Position numbers and translations under genes: made by a program. Under the pieces are notes generated by a model. That model saw nothing but the letters and a program-made list of their open reading frames with translations. It was not told the origin of the DNA and searched no databases. Below are positions 37,431 to 51,600 of a stretch of DNA of 64,000 nucleotides, one piece after another (within the stretch, counting starts at the first letter, position 1; each line of letters starts with the position of its first letter). The stretch is from Patellaria atrata CBS 101060. Its lineage: Eukaryota. The stretch is from positions 992,001-1,056,000 of the forward strand of contig MU006091.1 of the NCBI GenBank assembly GCA_010093705.1. Direction: 5' to 3'.

Positions 37431-38028
37431 ATGGCCACCCTACTCCTCCGACGGCCACTCTTCACGGCCCTAACCCTCTCCTCAGCCGCGCTCGCAACAC
37501 CACTCCTCCTCCAACCGCACTTCCAGTCCTCCCGTCTGCTCTGCGACTCGCCGATATCGTCTTACCAGTCTTCGGCAAGAGCGCCGGTCGTGAAAAGGGG
37601 ACGGCTCAATCCGAGCGCCGTGAAGCAGATTAGTTCGGGGAGCATACTAGGTTCGTGATCTCGGAGCTTTGGGGGGTCGATTGAGGGGAAAGAATGGGTT
37701 AAGGGAGACGATTGCTGACGTTATGGCGCGGGTTGTGTTAGGCCTCGTGTGCGGGTTGGGAGTATCGCTGTTCTCAAAACCGTTGGCGCTGCTGATAGGG
37801 TTATTGGTTTTTGGTGTTCAGGTTGGACATTCCCCCCTTCCGCTGCTGGGTGGAATCAGTGCTGATGGCTCCTAGGCTTTAGAATCTCGTGGGATACACC
37901 TCATACCTTATGGACGTTTGCAAAGATACTTCACTAGTATCAATCTCAGATCCGCGATACAAGATAATGTTGCGTTCAAGCTGAGCTTCGGCGCAACTTT
38001 CGCGCTGAGTGCCTTTGCGGAACTGTAG
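37431..38028 (+). CDS. FUN14: FUN14-family mitochondrial outer-membrane protein (3 exons)
   Basis: KQISSGSILGLVCGLGVSLFSKPLALLIGLLVFGVQ and DNVAFKLSFGATFAL. Confidence 0.88.
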
Positions 38029-38284
38029 CGTCAAAATTTTGTACAAATGTAATATATAATCATAATCTACTGAGGATTTCGAATTTAGTGGTTCCAGTAT
38101 TTTTGTATCATAATGTACGAAAGTGTGTTTATAGCGTAATTTTTTCATTATCTGTCTTAAGTCGATCGTGTCTATTTCATACATTCCCCATGAATCAAGC
38201 GTTCAGAACATGATCTCGTCACATTCTTCTACAACATCAACCCTATGCATCCAGAGAAGATATTACGTCTGCCCTTTTGATTGC

Positions 38285-41200
38285 TCAAGACCCATATGCA
38301 ACCCCAGTACCACGACACCTCATCCAGAACTCCTTCACGATCTTATTCGTAGCCGTGCTTCCTCTTGCCGCAATAATCTGCTGCAAAAATCTCTTCCTAT
38401 CCTCCTCATTGGCGATCTTACTCGGGAAGACACCTGAGTTCAGGGCATCTTTCAGCCACTGCTGCACTTCCGGACCATAGGTCACGAGCTTCCTCAACGG
38501 CTCAGCCATTAGGTCCAATTCACTTCGGGCGGCATTGCCACCAACACTAGAGATCAGAGCTCCGCACAGCACCGGACCACCTTTAGCAACCATCGATTGC
38601 GCCACCGCTTTTTCAGGGTCAGGATATTGCGGAATAAGCTTGATCCATTCCGCGAAGAAAGAGGATGCAGCCCGTTTGGGTAGAATGTCACTACATATAA
38701 GGCACCAGACGGCCGTGTTGAAGACGTGATCGAGAGCAGCTTGAGGGAATTGAAAGAATGCTTTATGATAGTATCGGACGAAGCGATGGATAGCATCGTA
38801 GCATCCCTTCATCACCTCCGGATCATTGAAATCAAAGGGACTTCGCTTCACCTTGGCGTCTCGTTGATTGTGCTCCATGAGAGTAATGATGTACTGAGCT
38901 AGGTGCAGTACTTCATTGTTGACTCTATCAGGGTTTGACGAGTGAGACGAAAGAAAACTACTTACAGTGGACAGAATTTGGACTGCTCGGGGTGATTTCA
39001 TGTCGTGTCGAATGAGGAAGTTGACGATTAGTGGTGCTGGGAACACGAAAGGACCTGGAGTTGTTTCTGTAAAGCCACAACGAAAGATGTGGCATACTTC
39101 CTCGATAATATCCCCGTCCGCTACAGCAGCGGAGTAGAGAACTTCAATCCAGTGAAGCATACGTCTTTGAACTTCCAAGCCTTGTCCCTGAGCCCAGAAG
39201 GACGGTGCGGATTCATCATATTCGAGATCGACTACTGCATCTTCCGTAGCCTGGAATGCTTTTCCAATGGCTGTAAGGCATTTGAGCACTGTAAGTGCTG
39301 ATTGTTTGCCTGCTTCATACTCTTCTTCTTGATTGTACTCATTGGATGGCTTGCTAGCCGTTTCGAGTCTTTGCAGCGCAGTCTGAAAATCCCGTTCAAT
39401 GAAAACAAATACTGTCTGTAGCCGCACAACCTTCTCCTCATCAGAATCAAGAGCTTGAATGATGGCGGCAATAGCTCCGATGACCTTTTCTTTGGTAGTC
39501 ATATCGGCGGCAGGCCATTGAAGAAACATCTCGTATTGTTGAATGAATGCATCCAACTGACTTGTCAGCTGAGTCCTGCAGGAGTAGCATAGCGATAATA
39601 TTGACTTAGCAGCACTATTAGCCATTGACCCCTGCGGCGTTGACGACCCCTGAGACGAAGGGGCATGCGCTGCTAAGGACGCAAACAGGAAGTTTAGAGC
39701 ACCTGACACTACTTCGAAATGCCGTCTGAAGTAATCCGCATAGTTCCCGATGGTATTCACAATCGTACGGCGTATGGTTGAGGGTACGGCTCTGTTCTGT
39801 GGGCTAGTGAGCTCTGAGAATAGCGATGACCCGAACACTCTCGTTAAGAGGGAGTCTTCACTTTCTCCCTCGCCGATAGAACCAGATAATGCAGATAACC
39901 CATAAACATATGCTTCGACACCCTCCCAGTCATTCCGTTCGAGACATACAAGTGCTGAAGTGCTGAGTCTTTCGACCAGTGAAAGACCAAGAAGCGTGAA
40001 GGCTTCTTGCATCCAGTCACTAACTTCGACCCGCAAACTCGAAAATCTGTCCATCTCGTCCGAATCAAGATGTCGAGCTTCTTCCCGAGTCGGATAGCGT
40101 ATCTTTTGCACGTATTCTTCGACAGCCTGCATCGTGTGAGCTTGGACTGAAGGAAGCCAGGAGGGTGCTGTCTCTTCGACAAGTAGTTCATTGGTCGTCG
40201 ATACAAAGGTATCCCAGAATTGAATTGCTACCTCACAGTTGTCGATAGCATCCGTATAGCCTGGTCGTCTTAGTAGCTGATGCAACATCACCATGATCTC
40301 TAGTCTTTCTTGATTTTGAGGGTATTGGATTAGGGAATGAATCTCTAATACGCCGTATGCGCAAAGCAGACGAGCAGCGGAGCCCGATGCTTCTGCATCG
40401 CTTTCAATGTCTCCTAGGTATTGTCGAGCCCAGTCCCCTCGGAGCAGGTTCGACAGAGCGGAAGAATGTTCTTGTTTAAACAATGATTCGTAGCCATTGA
40501 TCATCTCTATCATGCCTTCGATTACGTCAGTATCGTCAGAGATGACAATGAGTTCTAAGGACGGATTAATCAGTGACCTAAGAAGATTAATATTTTCTGA
40601 AGAATGGGTCCATGCTCGTTGGCCGTAGAAAACCCAGGATACAAAGCACTTGAAAGCATCTGTAGCATATGTCTCGCTATGTTGTCTTAGAGAATATTGC
40701 ATCAAAATAACTGCATCCTGGAGATCCTTTTCTATCCTTTCATGAAATGCTCGCAGGTGCTGACTGTTTGGGTCTGTTTTGGCAGCTTCTTCCACAAGGC
40801 TAGATGCGTACCACAGTGTTGCGGTAATCTGGTACGGAGTTAAAGTTGTAACCATGTCAACCGTCCTCGGGAAGTGGTCGAGGGTGTCTTCGGGGATGAA
40901 TTCGCGTTTATAAAAACAGCATATCAAATGGCGAATTGAGTGAGACCAGGACACGGTAGGGCGTGAAAAGTATGTCACTAGAGTAGTACATAACTTTTTT
41001 GTTACCAAAGGCTTTTCGTTCGCGGCAATCAGTCGTACCTGTACGTTCCACTAAGTTAGCCCATCACCAATCAGGTTCAGATACAGCGGTCGATGGTACG
41101 CCGTAAAGCTCGACGATATGGTGTGACGACGTACAGTCCACGAGACAAGACGCGAGAGTAACAAATGCGTCTGGTCTATGTCAAGAGATGACCTAATGTT

Positions 41201-41542
41201 TGTTAGACGTTTGGTGTAATAAAGAGTAACAATAAATCTACTTACCAATCTTGATTCAGTTTGACCGTGAAGGTCAATGCTCCAAAGAATTTAGACTTCT
41301 CATCAGTGCTTGAAAGCAGAGCGTCTGCCATCTGCCAGCCATCTGGAGATCTTTGTAATGTTTGCAGCTGTTGTTCAATCTGAGAGATGACTTTAGGGGA
41401 TGCGGGTTGGTAGAAACGTTGAACAAGCTAGATTACCGTTAATCTAAACTCGTGGAGCAACATAGCAATCGCCTGAATTAGATATATTTACCGCTTCAAG
41501 CTCAACGATAGACGTTGGCGCAGATATTGAGCCACTTTCCAT
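38285..41542 (-). CDS. Importin-beta family karyopherin, KAP122/importin-13-like (4 exons)
   Basis: LQTLQRSPDGWQMADALL, FFGALTFTVKLNQDW, LVTKKLCTTL, HEAT repeats, GFTETTPGPF and GGNAARSELD. Confidence 0.85.
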
Positions 41543-42168
41543 AGCTTAGGGTCAGGGTGTTCGGACTGCTCTATTTTGGAAATATGTTGGTCATAAGAAA
41601 ATTTAAAGATGACTTTCGAGAAAGGAGCTTCCACCTAGAGTCGTGCAGACAACAATCTCACGATGACAAGATATTCTGATGGGAGTCATTGTCTTCTATT
41701 AAAGCAATAGGTAAAGTTGGGGGGAGCTTTAAAAGAGCCTTACGGAGTAAGAGGTCGAGGTTCACAAACTAGTTAACGCCAAGATAAATATAGATCGCGT
41801 GCATGAAAGCAAACTTGAGGTGCAGTGGCTTCGTGCGGCGAAAGTACATGATTTTCTCGAATCCATTGCAAATATGAAGAAAAGAAATGGATAAAGGATA
41901 CAAACTGCAAGGGAATATAGCCTTTCAAATGAGGTTTGACAAGTCAGGAGAAGAGACAGATGGAAGAAAGCTGGAGCGCCCATAAGGTCTCCACGCACTA
42001 CCACCTGCCTTTAGCCCTTTAGGGACATACGCGGGGTACAGAACGGGGGCCTTGGCCCCATCACTTCTGCCAAAGTTACAGTACATGACCCCCACCGGCT
42101 ATACATACTATTTCCGTCAACCAGGTATTTATATCGCAGCTTGCAACTTCTGGTCGCATGCATAGGGT

Positions 42169-44550
42169 ATGCGGTGCTGTTCCTTCCGTCTTCCAATTAC
42201 TTTCTTCTCATTCTCTCATGTAGCTGCTAGATACCAGCTTTTCAAGAGTCCCTTCCACTCTAGTCCGCGTGTACTTCTAACCGTGGAGATGGAGACGGTT
42301 AATACTACAGAGAGGCTCTCCCGCCTGCGGGAGCTAATGAAGAAGTATAGCGTTGATGTTTACGGTACGATAAGCTGACCCGTCCAAGTACTCGACCTTT
42401 CCTAACCATCTCCTAGTTGTACCTTCAGAAGACAGCCATCAATCGGAATATATTGCGCCTTGCGATGCTAGACGAGGTCAGACAACACGGCCGAAATCGC
42501 CCGTACACCCTGCTTACACCTTGTAGAGTTCATATGTGGATTTTCTGGATCTGCAGGCACTGCTGTGATCACCCTGGACAAGGCCGCTCTGGCAACAGAC
42601 GGCCGGTATTTCAATCAAGCTGAAAAAGAGCTCGACAGCAACTGGGAACTACTAAAACAAGGGCTTCAAGACGTCCCCACGTGGCAAGAATGGTATAGAT
42701 AGGGTATTTTTAAGATTGTGTTCCCTCATTGACTGATATAGGACGGCTGATCAGTCTGAAGGTGGGAAGACCGTCGGCGTTGATCCCACCGTTATAACCG
42801 CTTGTCAGTATCCGTATATCCACTTCATATAGTGACCAAGTCCTAACAGCTTTTAGCCGATGCCCGCAAACTTGCCGACAAAATCAAGAAGAAAGGAGGT
42901 GCCGAGTTGAAGAGTGTTAAGGAGAACTTAGTCGACGCTGTATGGGGAGACGCTAAACCCGCAAGACCCGACGAGAATGTCAAGGTTCTAGGGTTAGAAT
43001 TCGCAGGTAAAGGATACAAGGAAAAACTCGAAGATTTAAGAAAGGATCTAGAGAAACGAAAAAGTGCTGGTTTCGTCATTTGTGAGTGAACTGTCAACCT
43101 CCCCCACTCCAAAAACTGATCCAAAAAAGCAATGCTAGATGAGACAGCATGGCTTTACAATCTTCGCGGCAACGAGTGAGTCTTACTCTATATACATTGA
43201 GTCTACCCATGACTTATATCGTGCTTACAGCATCCCCTACAATCCCGTGTTCTTCTCGTATGCTGTAGTGACACAGGATGCGGCAACTCTTTATGTCAAC
43301 GACAGCAAGTTAACTGGCGATGTCAAGCAACACTTAGGTGATTTCGTCAAAATTCGTCCTTACGACTCGATATTTGATGATGTTACGGCACTAAGTGATG
43401 CAGTAGCCCGGACCAACGGTGACGGCGGCTCTCGGGAGGCTAAGAAATTCCTTTTATCAAATAAAGCTTCCTGGGCGCTTAATCAAAGTCTCGGCGGTCA
43501 GGACAAAGTTGAAGAAGTTCGTAGCCCGATTGGTGATGCTAAAGCTGCAAAGAATGAAACTGAGCTCGAGGGTATGCGAGCATGTCACATCCGGGACGGA
43601 GCTGCTTTATCCGAATACTTTGCATGGCTCGAGGACCAACTTGTCAGCAAAGGTGCTCGTCTTGATGAAGTTGACGCTGCTGAGAAGTTGGAGTCAATAC
43701 GATCGTGAGTTCCCAAATTTGATGGTCCCCGAGGAGTAACCTTACACCTGTCGCAGAAAACATAAGCATTTCGTAGGCTTGTCTTTTCCCACAATTTCTT
43801 CTACCGGTCCAAATGCAGCAGTGATACACTACAAACCGGAACGAGGAAGTTGCTCAGTCATCGATCCCAAAGCAATCTATCTATGTGACTCCGGAGCGCA
43901 ATATCTTGACGGTACCACGGACACGACACGGACACTGCATTTTGCCGAACCGACGGATATGGAGCGTAAAGCATATACTCTAGTACTAAAGGGCAACATT
44001 GCGCTCGAACGAGCCAAGTTTCCAAAAGGTACAAGTGGTTTTGCTCTCGATACCCTAGCACGACAGTTCCTGTGGGCAGAAGGGCTCGACTACAGGCATG
44101 GAACTGGTCATGGTGTAGGATCGTATCTTGTAGGTTCATTTTCAGTACTCCCGTGACCCTATATTGATAGTACATCAGAACGTCCACGAAGGACCAATTG
44201 GTATCGGCACCCGTGTCCAGTACTCTGAAGTCTCTCTTGCGGTCGGAAACGTCATCTCAGATGAACCCGGTTATTATGAGGATGGAAACTTCGGTATCCG
44301 CATCGAGAACATCATCATGGTCAAAGAAGTTGACACCAACCACAAGTTTGGCGATAAGCCCTACCTTGGGTTCGAACATGTTACCATGACGCCGATGTGC
44401 AGGAAACTAATTGATGTATCGCTCCTAACGAAAGCTGAGAAGGAGTGGCTGAATAGTTACAATGAAGAGATACTAGAGAAAACCTCGAGTTATTTCGAAG
44501 GAGATTCTCTTACAAAGGTTTGGCTCGAAAGGGAATGCCAGCCGTATTGA
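42169..44550 (+). CDS. Xaa-Pro aminopeptidase P (XPNPEP1-type, M24B), many exons; core protein starts at ATG 42289
   Basis: [69 protein letters not shown] and GIRIEN. Confidence 0.96.
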
Positions 44551-44746
44551 TCAAAGGGGTGAGATTCATACCTCATCCTGAAGGAATGTCTCTAGGTATG
44601 TCTAGTACAGTAGAATGTATAGCAAGATACCTCCATCCATGGCTCGGTATCAAAATCCTAGTTATTCCACAGTATGTAGAGAACAAATCCAGAAGAACAT
44701 GAAGACATATTTATGTGTCGTATCTGTGATATGTGTGACCAGCTAT

Positions 44747-46270
44747 CTATTTGGCTACAATACTCACAACATCCTCATCCGCAACCACATGTCCCAAACC
44801 TACACGTTGAGGAACATGTCTCGCGCTAGCTCCCCACACCAAAGCATACTTGAACGTCTCCTTGAGCGTTCGGTGAATTTGATCGCACACGTCTTCTATG
44901 GTGGAGCCTGTACGCACGATCAGGGCTTCGGAAAAGTCAGGATCTATTCCCTTCCGCTTGGTGTAGATCCGGATCAGACGCAGTTCGTCCCAGCATCGGT
45001 CTACCACGTCTTGAATACCAAGATCGAGTTCGCAACTCATGACGACCGTGTTGGGTTCGCGGGCTAGTTTGTCGAGACCTTCTATGCTGATGCTGTCGAT
45101 TTTGTTGTAGACGTAGAGACTGTGGGAGTTAGCCAGACCGATTGCTGGAAGTTGTAAATTTTGTAGTTACCATTTGATGTATTTCCTATGATCCTTCATT
45201 ATCACGTCGATGAAGTCATCTACCGTAGCTGTGTAAAATATGAGCAATAAAGCTAGGGGTAAAGTGAAGCGGACTTACCGTTTTCGTCTCTCACGAGGAC
45301 TTCGCAGTTGAGCATCTTGTAATCTCGAAGGATGTTGTACAACATCTTCTCATCTAGCTTCTTAGGTGGAGCCTGGAAGGTGATCTTCATTCCTCCGGCC
45401 TTCTTCGCCTTGAGATAGATGTTCCTTGTGCACGTTAGCAGGTTTCGCTAGCATTTTAACAGCTTTCGTACGGAGGTTCCCTGTTCAGTCGAATGCCGAC
45501 GGCTTCGAGTTCACCTTCTAACAGTGCTCTCTGCTCAGCTCTCTTGGTAGCATCGAGGACCATCAGAATCATATCACTCGTCTAACACTCCTGTTAGCAT
45601 CACTATCTTCACGAATCCAACACACGCACTTTCGCAGCCGAAATAACCTGCCGTCCTCTCCCCTTTCCCTCAGCTGCGCCCTCGATGATACCAGGAAGGT
45701 CAAGAACTTGGATCTCAGCACCTCCATACTCCAGCACACCAGGAATGGCTGTCAGAGTAGTGAAAGCATACGACGCAACTTCACTTTTCGTCTTCGTTAT
45801 CTTCGACAGAAAAGTCGATTTCCCGACAGACGGGAACCCGACGAGCGCTATGCGGGCGTCTCCGCTCTTGGAGACATCGAAGCCGCTCCCGCCCCCGGAA
45901 CCGGCGCCAGCAGCGGGCTCGAGGAGCTGGGCCCGTAGCCGTGCGAGTTTGCTGTTCTCCGTTAGAGAGTTGTCCGGAATGCGTATGTTTGGTGAGCGAA
46001 CCCTTTGAGGAGACCGAGATGATATTCTAAAAATCTCAATATATTTCTTTTGCAGGTTCTTTTTGCGAGAGTGCGTACCGGTAGCCTTGTTCTCTTTCGT
46101 GCCGTTAGCACTTGGTTGTTATGTTTACGTCTTGCGGGAGACAAGTACTTTGCGTCCTCTTCATCTCATCCTCGATCCTTCACGACATGTTAGGGTTATC
46201 CTCGCTGTTGACCACGTGTGGGGCGAGGAAGTTTGACTTGCTCCTTGATCTTATCTGTGATGTTCACCAT
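44747..46270 (-). CDS. RBG2: Developmentally regulated GTPase 2 (OBG family) with many short introns
   Basis: [56 protein letters not shown] and C-terminal TGS domain. Confidence 0.95.
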
Positions 46271-46601
46271 CTTGGCTATATTTCAGCTCTTTGAGCCCAA
46301 TTCTGTGATATTGAAAAAAAACTTTTAAGACAATAAAATCTTAGGCTTTTGATATTTTCGTTCGATCCTGTGGCTGAAACAAAAGTAGAAGGAAGTGATA
46401 GCGGGCTAAGTCTAAGCCTAATTCGGCATAGAGCCGAATTTATTTCAACCTCAAGGCGTTCCGCGGTGGCTCAAACATTGACGCTGTCATTGATGGATTT
46501 GTAAATTGGGCCTATTAAAGGATTCTGATATATAAAGGGCATTTCCCACAGTTTGCCTGAACATTCGTGATGTCCTCTTCCCCTTCAAACCCACTCAAGC
46601 T

Positions 46602-48368
46602 ATGTCCCTCCCCATCCCAAGGGCACCTCAGGAAGCCCGACAACAGCTCCACACCATCTACGATGCCGGGATAGCATCTGGTGCAATTGAACCCTTTGTC
46701 TACCCTTCCGGCGCGTTCGCCTCTCTTGTAGTAATTACATATCTTCTTATAGATCATAGAAACCGACCTCTGCTTCGCTTTGCCCGTTTTGTTGTCTGGG
46801 CGTATAACGCTTACTTTGCCGCGTACTGTATTCTATACACGCGCGCCCGTAATATGTCGACTAGTTACTGTGTCGGACTTGTATCCATGTGGTCGATTTT
46901 CTGGTGCTATACCATCCTCATAGCGAATGATGCTCAAGCGGATTTTCAGCGCATGGAGAGAACCGAGGGTGTTTATAGAGGGCAGAGCGCGAAAAGAGCT
47001 AAGGGACAAGACCATTCAAACGGGTCGCTGGAATCTCCTTCGGAAAGTAAAGACTCTGCGTCCCGTGTAAGCAATGGTTCTACGTCTCGCAGAAGCAATA
47101 GTGCTACGTCTAAACCCAGAGAAGAAGCGTCCAGTTCTACGTTTCGAGGGACTGACAAGCTCGGGGATACAGCTTCTCCCAGGGAGAGAACGGGTGGATA
47201 TGCGTGGCAACCGTATCCCCTATCCCCCTTCATCGAGCGGCTAGACTGGGTGGCAGACATCTTCAGCAACTTCCGCGGCATAGCCTGGAACTGGAAATCG
47301 ATCCCCAACCTCCCCGCACCTCCTCCCTCCATACAGTCGCAGCTGCATTCCACATCGGGGACGTCCATTCCCCTCAAAAGTCCCCAACCCAGCCGAGACA
47401 ACCTGCGTAGACACCAGACGAAGCGCGAGCTCCTCTCCTCCAACCTCCAAAGGTCTCTCGGCTGCTATCTCCTCGTCGACGTCCTGAAGACCTACTGCAT
47501 GCACGACCGCTACTTCTGGGGCATCGCCGCCATCGACTCCCCCATCCCCTATCTCCCCTCTTTCCTCAATAACCTCCCCGCGCTACCCCGCGCGCTCCGC
47601 CTTGCGGTGACGCTGTACGCGATGAAAACGATGCTCCTCCTCATCTTCAGCATGGCGCCCCTCTTCTTCGTCGGTGCACTCGGTCCCAAGGCTATCGGCG
47701 CGCGCGGCGAACCGTGGATGTACCCCGATTCCTGGGGAAGCTACAGCCACGTTCTCGACAACGGGCTCGCGGGCTGGTGGGGCGCATGGTGGCATCAAGT
47801 AAGGCCCTGGAAGCACGATCCAAATCCTCAAAAGCCCGGTAGCTAACCCATATACCAGATCTTCCGCTTCGCCTTCGAAGCGCCCTCGAAGCAAATCCTC
47901 CGACGCCTCAGCATCCCATCCAAATCCATCCCAGGCAGGATCATACAGCTATTCGTAGCCTTCTTCCTCTCCGGCTGCCTCCACGCCAGTGGCAGCTACA
48001 CCCAACTCGGGCCCACGAACCCCCTATCGGGACCCATGCGGTTCTTCCTCCTTCAGCCTTTGGGCATCCTCCTCCAGGTATTCATTTCCTCCCTGTTCCG
48101 TAAATCAGGGGCTGCTGGCAGGCTGTCCCCTCGGGTAAAGCAGCTCACCAATTTCGTCTACGTACACTGCTGGTTCTACTATACAGCGCCACTGCTCTGT
48201 GACGATTTCGTGCGTGGCGGTCTCTGGCTATTCGAGCCCATCCCCATTAGCCCGCTCCGCGGACTCGGCTTCGGCGCCGAAGGGGAAAACGGATGGTGGT
48301 GGTGGGGCGGGGACTGGGTGCGCTGGCACGAGGGTAAGCATTGGTGGGAGAGTGGCATCGCACTGTAA
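46602..48368 (+). CDS. Membrane-bound O-acyltransferase, wax-synthase/MBOAT_2 family (2 exons)
   Basis: NFRGIAWNW, GLAGWWGAWWHQ-IFRF, AFFLSGCLHASG (catalytic His) and FFLLQPLGI. Intron 47799-47858. Confidence 0.88.
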
Positions 48369-48643
48369 ATCACGTAGGACAATATAGCAGGCAGAAACAA
48401 GATAGTATTCTTTCCCACCTCAGCAGGGACATATAGTCCAAAAAGCTCCATCGGAACCCGTAGTTACTAACAGCCAGAACTAGATCTGAGTACAAATACA
48501 TAGTCTCCATATTCCCAAAAACTCCCACGCTATGCTTAAAATTTTTCATTTTTTACCGTGAAACCCCAAAATGAAAAGAAACCCGGGTATCGTTACGCAA
48601 AACCTAAAAAACGCCTGTCGTAGTGTAATGATTCGAAATGAGC

Positions 48644-51600
48644 TTAATCGCTCAGATCGATAGCGTTCTCGACGCTATTCCCGCCGGCCCACAACTGGGA
48701 CTGGGAACGAGACTGGGAGCTGCTGCCATATCCCTGGCCTCCTTCGTACCGCTCGCTGTACAAATCCTTCCCCGTCTCATCCTCTTCTTCGCTATCTCCA
48801 TCATCCTCCTCATCTTCCGCCTCTTCGGACTCTAGCACATCTTCTTCCTCCTCTGTAGCAGAGGCGATTTCTTCGTCGCCTGAGCCCTCATTGGGGCTCC
48901 CCGTACCGTCCCCCATCTCCTCATCCTCGGTCCCGGCCTGTAACCCCTCCTCCTCGTCGCTAGAGTCCCCTAGCACGATAGGGGCGGGAGGAGGGTTTCC
49001 GGGAGCAACTGAGGGGGGACGGGAGGGACGGTACTGCTGTGGCTGCGAGCCACCCTGACCGAGCGGGACCCATGGTGGAGCCACTGCATTCTCTAGAACT
49101 TGTCCCTGCGGCTGGGTCCACAGTTGCACCTGTGGCTGAGGCTGGGCCTCTGGGACGAAGCCCGACGGTACATGTGGTTGAGACTGAGTCTCAGGGATGA
49201 AGCTGGACTGGGTGAAGTCCAGTGGGATCGTGGGGAATGAAGATCCCGGTTCTTGTCCATTGGTGAGTATGGACGCGCCAAAGTCCATAGGGGGTAATTG
49301 GGCTTGACCTGCCCCCCAGTTCTGGTTTTGTGATGAAAAGCCACCCCAGCCATTGACAATGGGAGCAACATTGCTCACTTTCGGTTGAGGTGCAGAAGCA
49401 CCATACTCTTTCGTCTGCTCTTTCCCTTTGCCCTTGCTCTTTTTCAGCTCCGCAAACTTCCCACCATACAGCTCACGCGGTACAAACTTGCTAACACGGC
49501 CCCAATACGCTGGGACACTCTTGGGTAAGTTCTGTTTCTCGACTCTTCCACCCATGGTGCCGTGCAGAATGGCTTCCCGCTCTTGGAGGGATCTGGTACT
49601 CTCACTATTGAGGCTTTGCCTCCTCTCTAGGTTCACCCTAGCCGCTCGAGTATCTCTAGTATACTCAGACAGTTTTTCGCGTGCTGCACGAGCGCGGGCG
49701 AAGAGATCCTCATCCTCCATTTCAATTTCCTGCCGGGTCTTGCCCGACGAACGGAGGGAACTCGGAGCCGAAGCTCGCGATTGCGAATATGATGGGGCTT
49801 TAAAGTCACCGGGGGTGGTTTGAAGTCGCTTCCTACTGGTGGTTAAATCTCCGCTCCGTTTGGGCTCATCGCTCTTCGCTGTGTCTCCAGCCTCGTCAAG
49901 CCAGGGACGTTTTCCATCAGCTTTCAATCTAAAGTAGCTAATCTTGGTCGTACTGATAGGACCGGCATTGGAGTCGGAATTGCCCCAAATGCAATCACCA
50001 GAGAGCCATCGCGCTCCAACCATTTTCGGCTGAAATCCGGAAAGGTCACTCGGTGTCTGACTTGACTGGTTACCTCTCCGATCGATGTTTGAATTTGGTG
50101 TCTGCGAGAGTCCGGTGTGGGCATAAGGTTGTGTCTGCGTGCGTCGATGGTGAGCTGGTTTGCGCGATGTATCATCTTCAGCACGCTTGGAAGCGGCCTT
50201 GTTGATGATTGAAGTTCGACTAAGCTGAAGATGTTGCGAGTCCTCATCGGCGGTAGCCCTATTCAAGTCCGCTGCTCTAGCAGCTGCGGCAGCTTCTGCA
50301 GCTTTCCGAACCGCTATGGCTTCCCTTTGCCTGTTGATCCTTTCAAACCTCTGTGTCATTTTGCGGCGGTTATAGTTTCGTCGATAAGTTATGACCCAAC
50401 GTCTGCCATATCGTTCTTGAAGTATGATTTGGCGAAATTCGTCAGCTTCTGCGTTAAGGTTTTCTTGCTCGACCTGAGGGATGAGCACATCTAGCAGTTG
50501 TCTGATCTGATTCTCAGCAAATTGTCGTAAGAAGCCATTGGAGGGCTCGAGGATAAGGTTTGTAGCCAGTCCGTCTAGGATTATGTTCTTTCTTATTGTC
50601 CTTGGAGAATTCACAGATGACGAGGAAGACTCATACCCGGTTTGTGATGTTGATGGTACCAAAGAAAATTCTAGACAAGGATTTGATGCAGGTTGGAACG
50701 AGTTCTTCAGGATTGATTTTAACGGCTTGGCGTCGCTCGGAATAGGAGTAGGTGGAGCCTGTTGAGTAGGTTGTTTATTGAAATTCATTTGAAACGAGGG
50801 AGAGGATTTCGGAGTGTTATGCGCATAATCGACAGTTGACGTTCTCAAGGGCGTCGTTGATGTTACATTCGAAGGAAATGAGCTTGCAAAGGAAGAAGAT
50901 TGTGGAGCCGGCGTAGAAAATGAGAATGTGGGGACTTGGCTGCTGGTCTTCTGATTTGCAGCTGATGAAGGCGGCGAGAAACTGAAAGGTGATTTTACAA
51001 AACTTGGTTTTAGTTGGAGGATCGTAGGTGTCTTTTCTTCTGAAGTGAAAGACTTGCTGAATGACGGCGCAGGAGGAAATCCAATTGGCGGATTCTGAGA
51101 CTCAGTCGGAGGCTTTTGAGGGTTCGAAGTAAATGGTGAAGTTTCTGATGTTATTCCTGAGACGGACGTCTGAATATCTGCCGGGGACGAGGGTTTAGCG
51201 AAGGAAAATGTAGCCGGAGAAGAAGTTAGTGTGTTCGAATTGGCAATAGGAACTCGTGACTTCGACGCTCCATCATCCGAGATCGTAGATATTGCAAGAG
51301 TCGATCCGCTAGATGACGATATTTTCGATGGCGGGGCGCTGAAGGAAAATGGTGACGTCGACTTAAAGGGTGTATCTTTCACGGCGAAGCTTATCAAAGG
51401 CTGATCCGCTGGTAGTTTTAGTGCGGGAAATGGTGGCACACTCGACTGTGAGGTTGCCGAGGGTGCTAAACTGAAGGGAGATTGCACTGTGGTAGAGAGA
51501 GGCGGTTTCTGAGAAGACGGCCCATCAGAAAGATTCGTATTAGTCGACGTAGACGGTCGTCCAAAGGAGACCGGCTGTGTCGGTCCGATCGATGAAGAGG

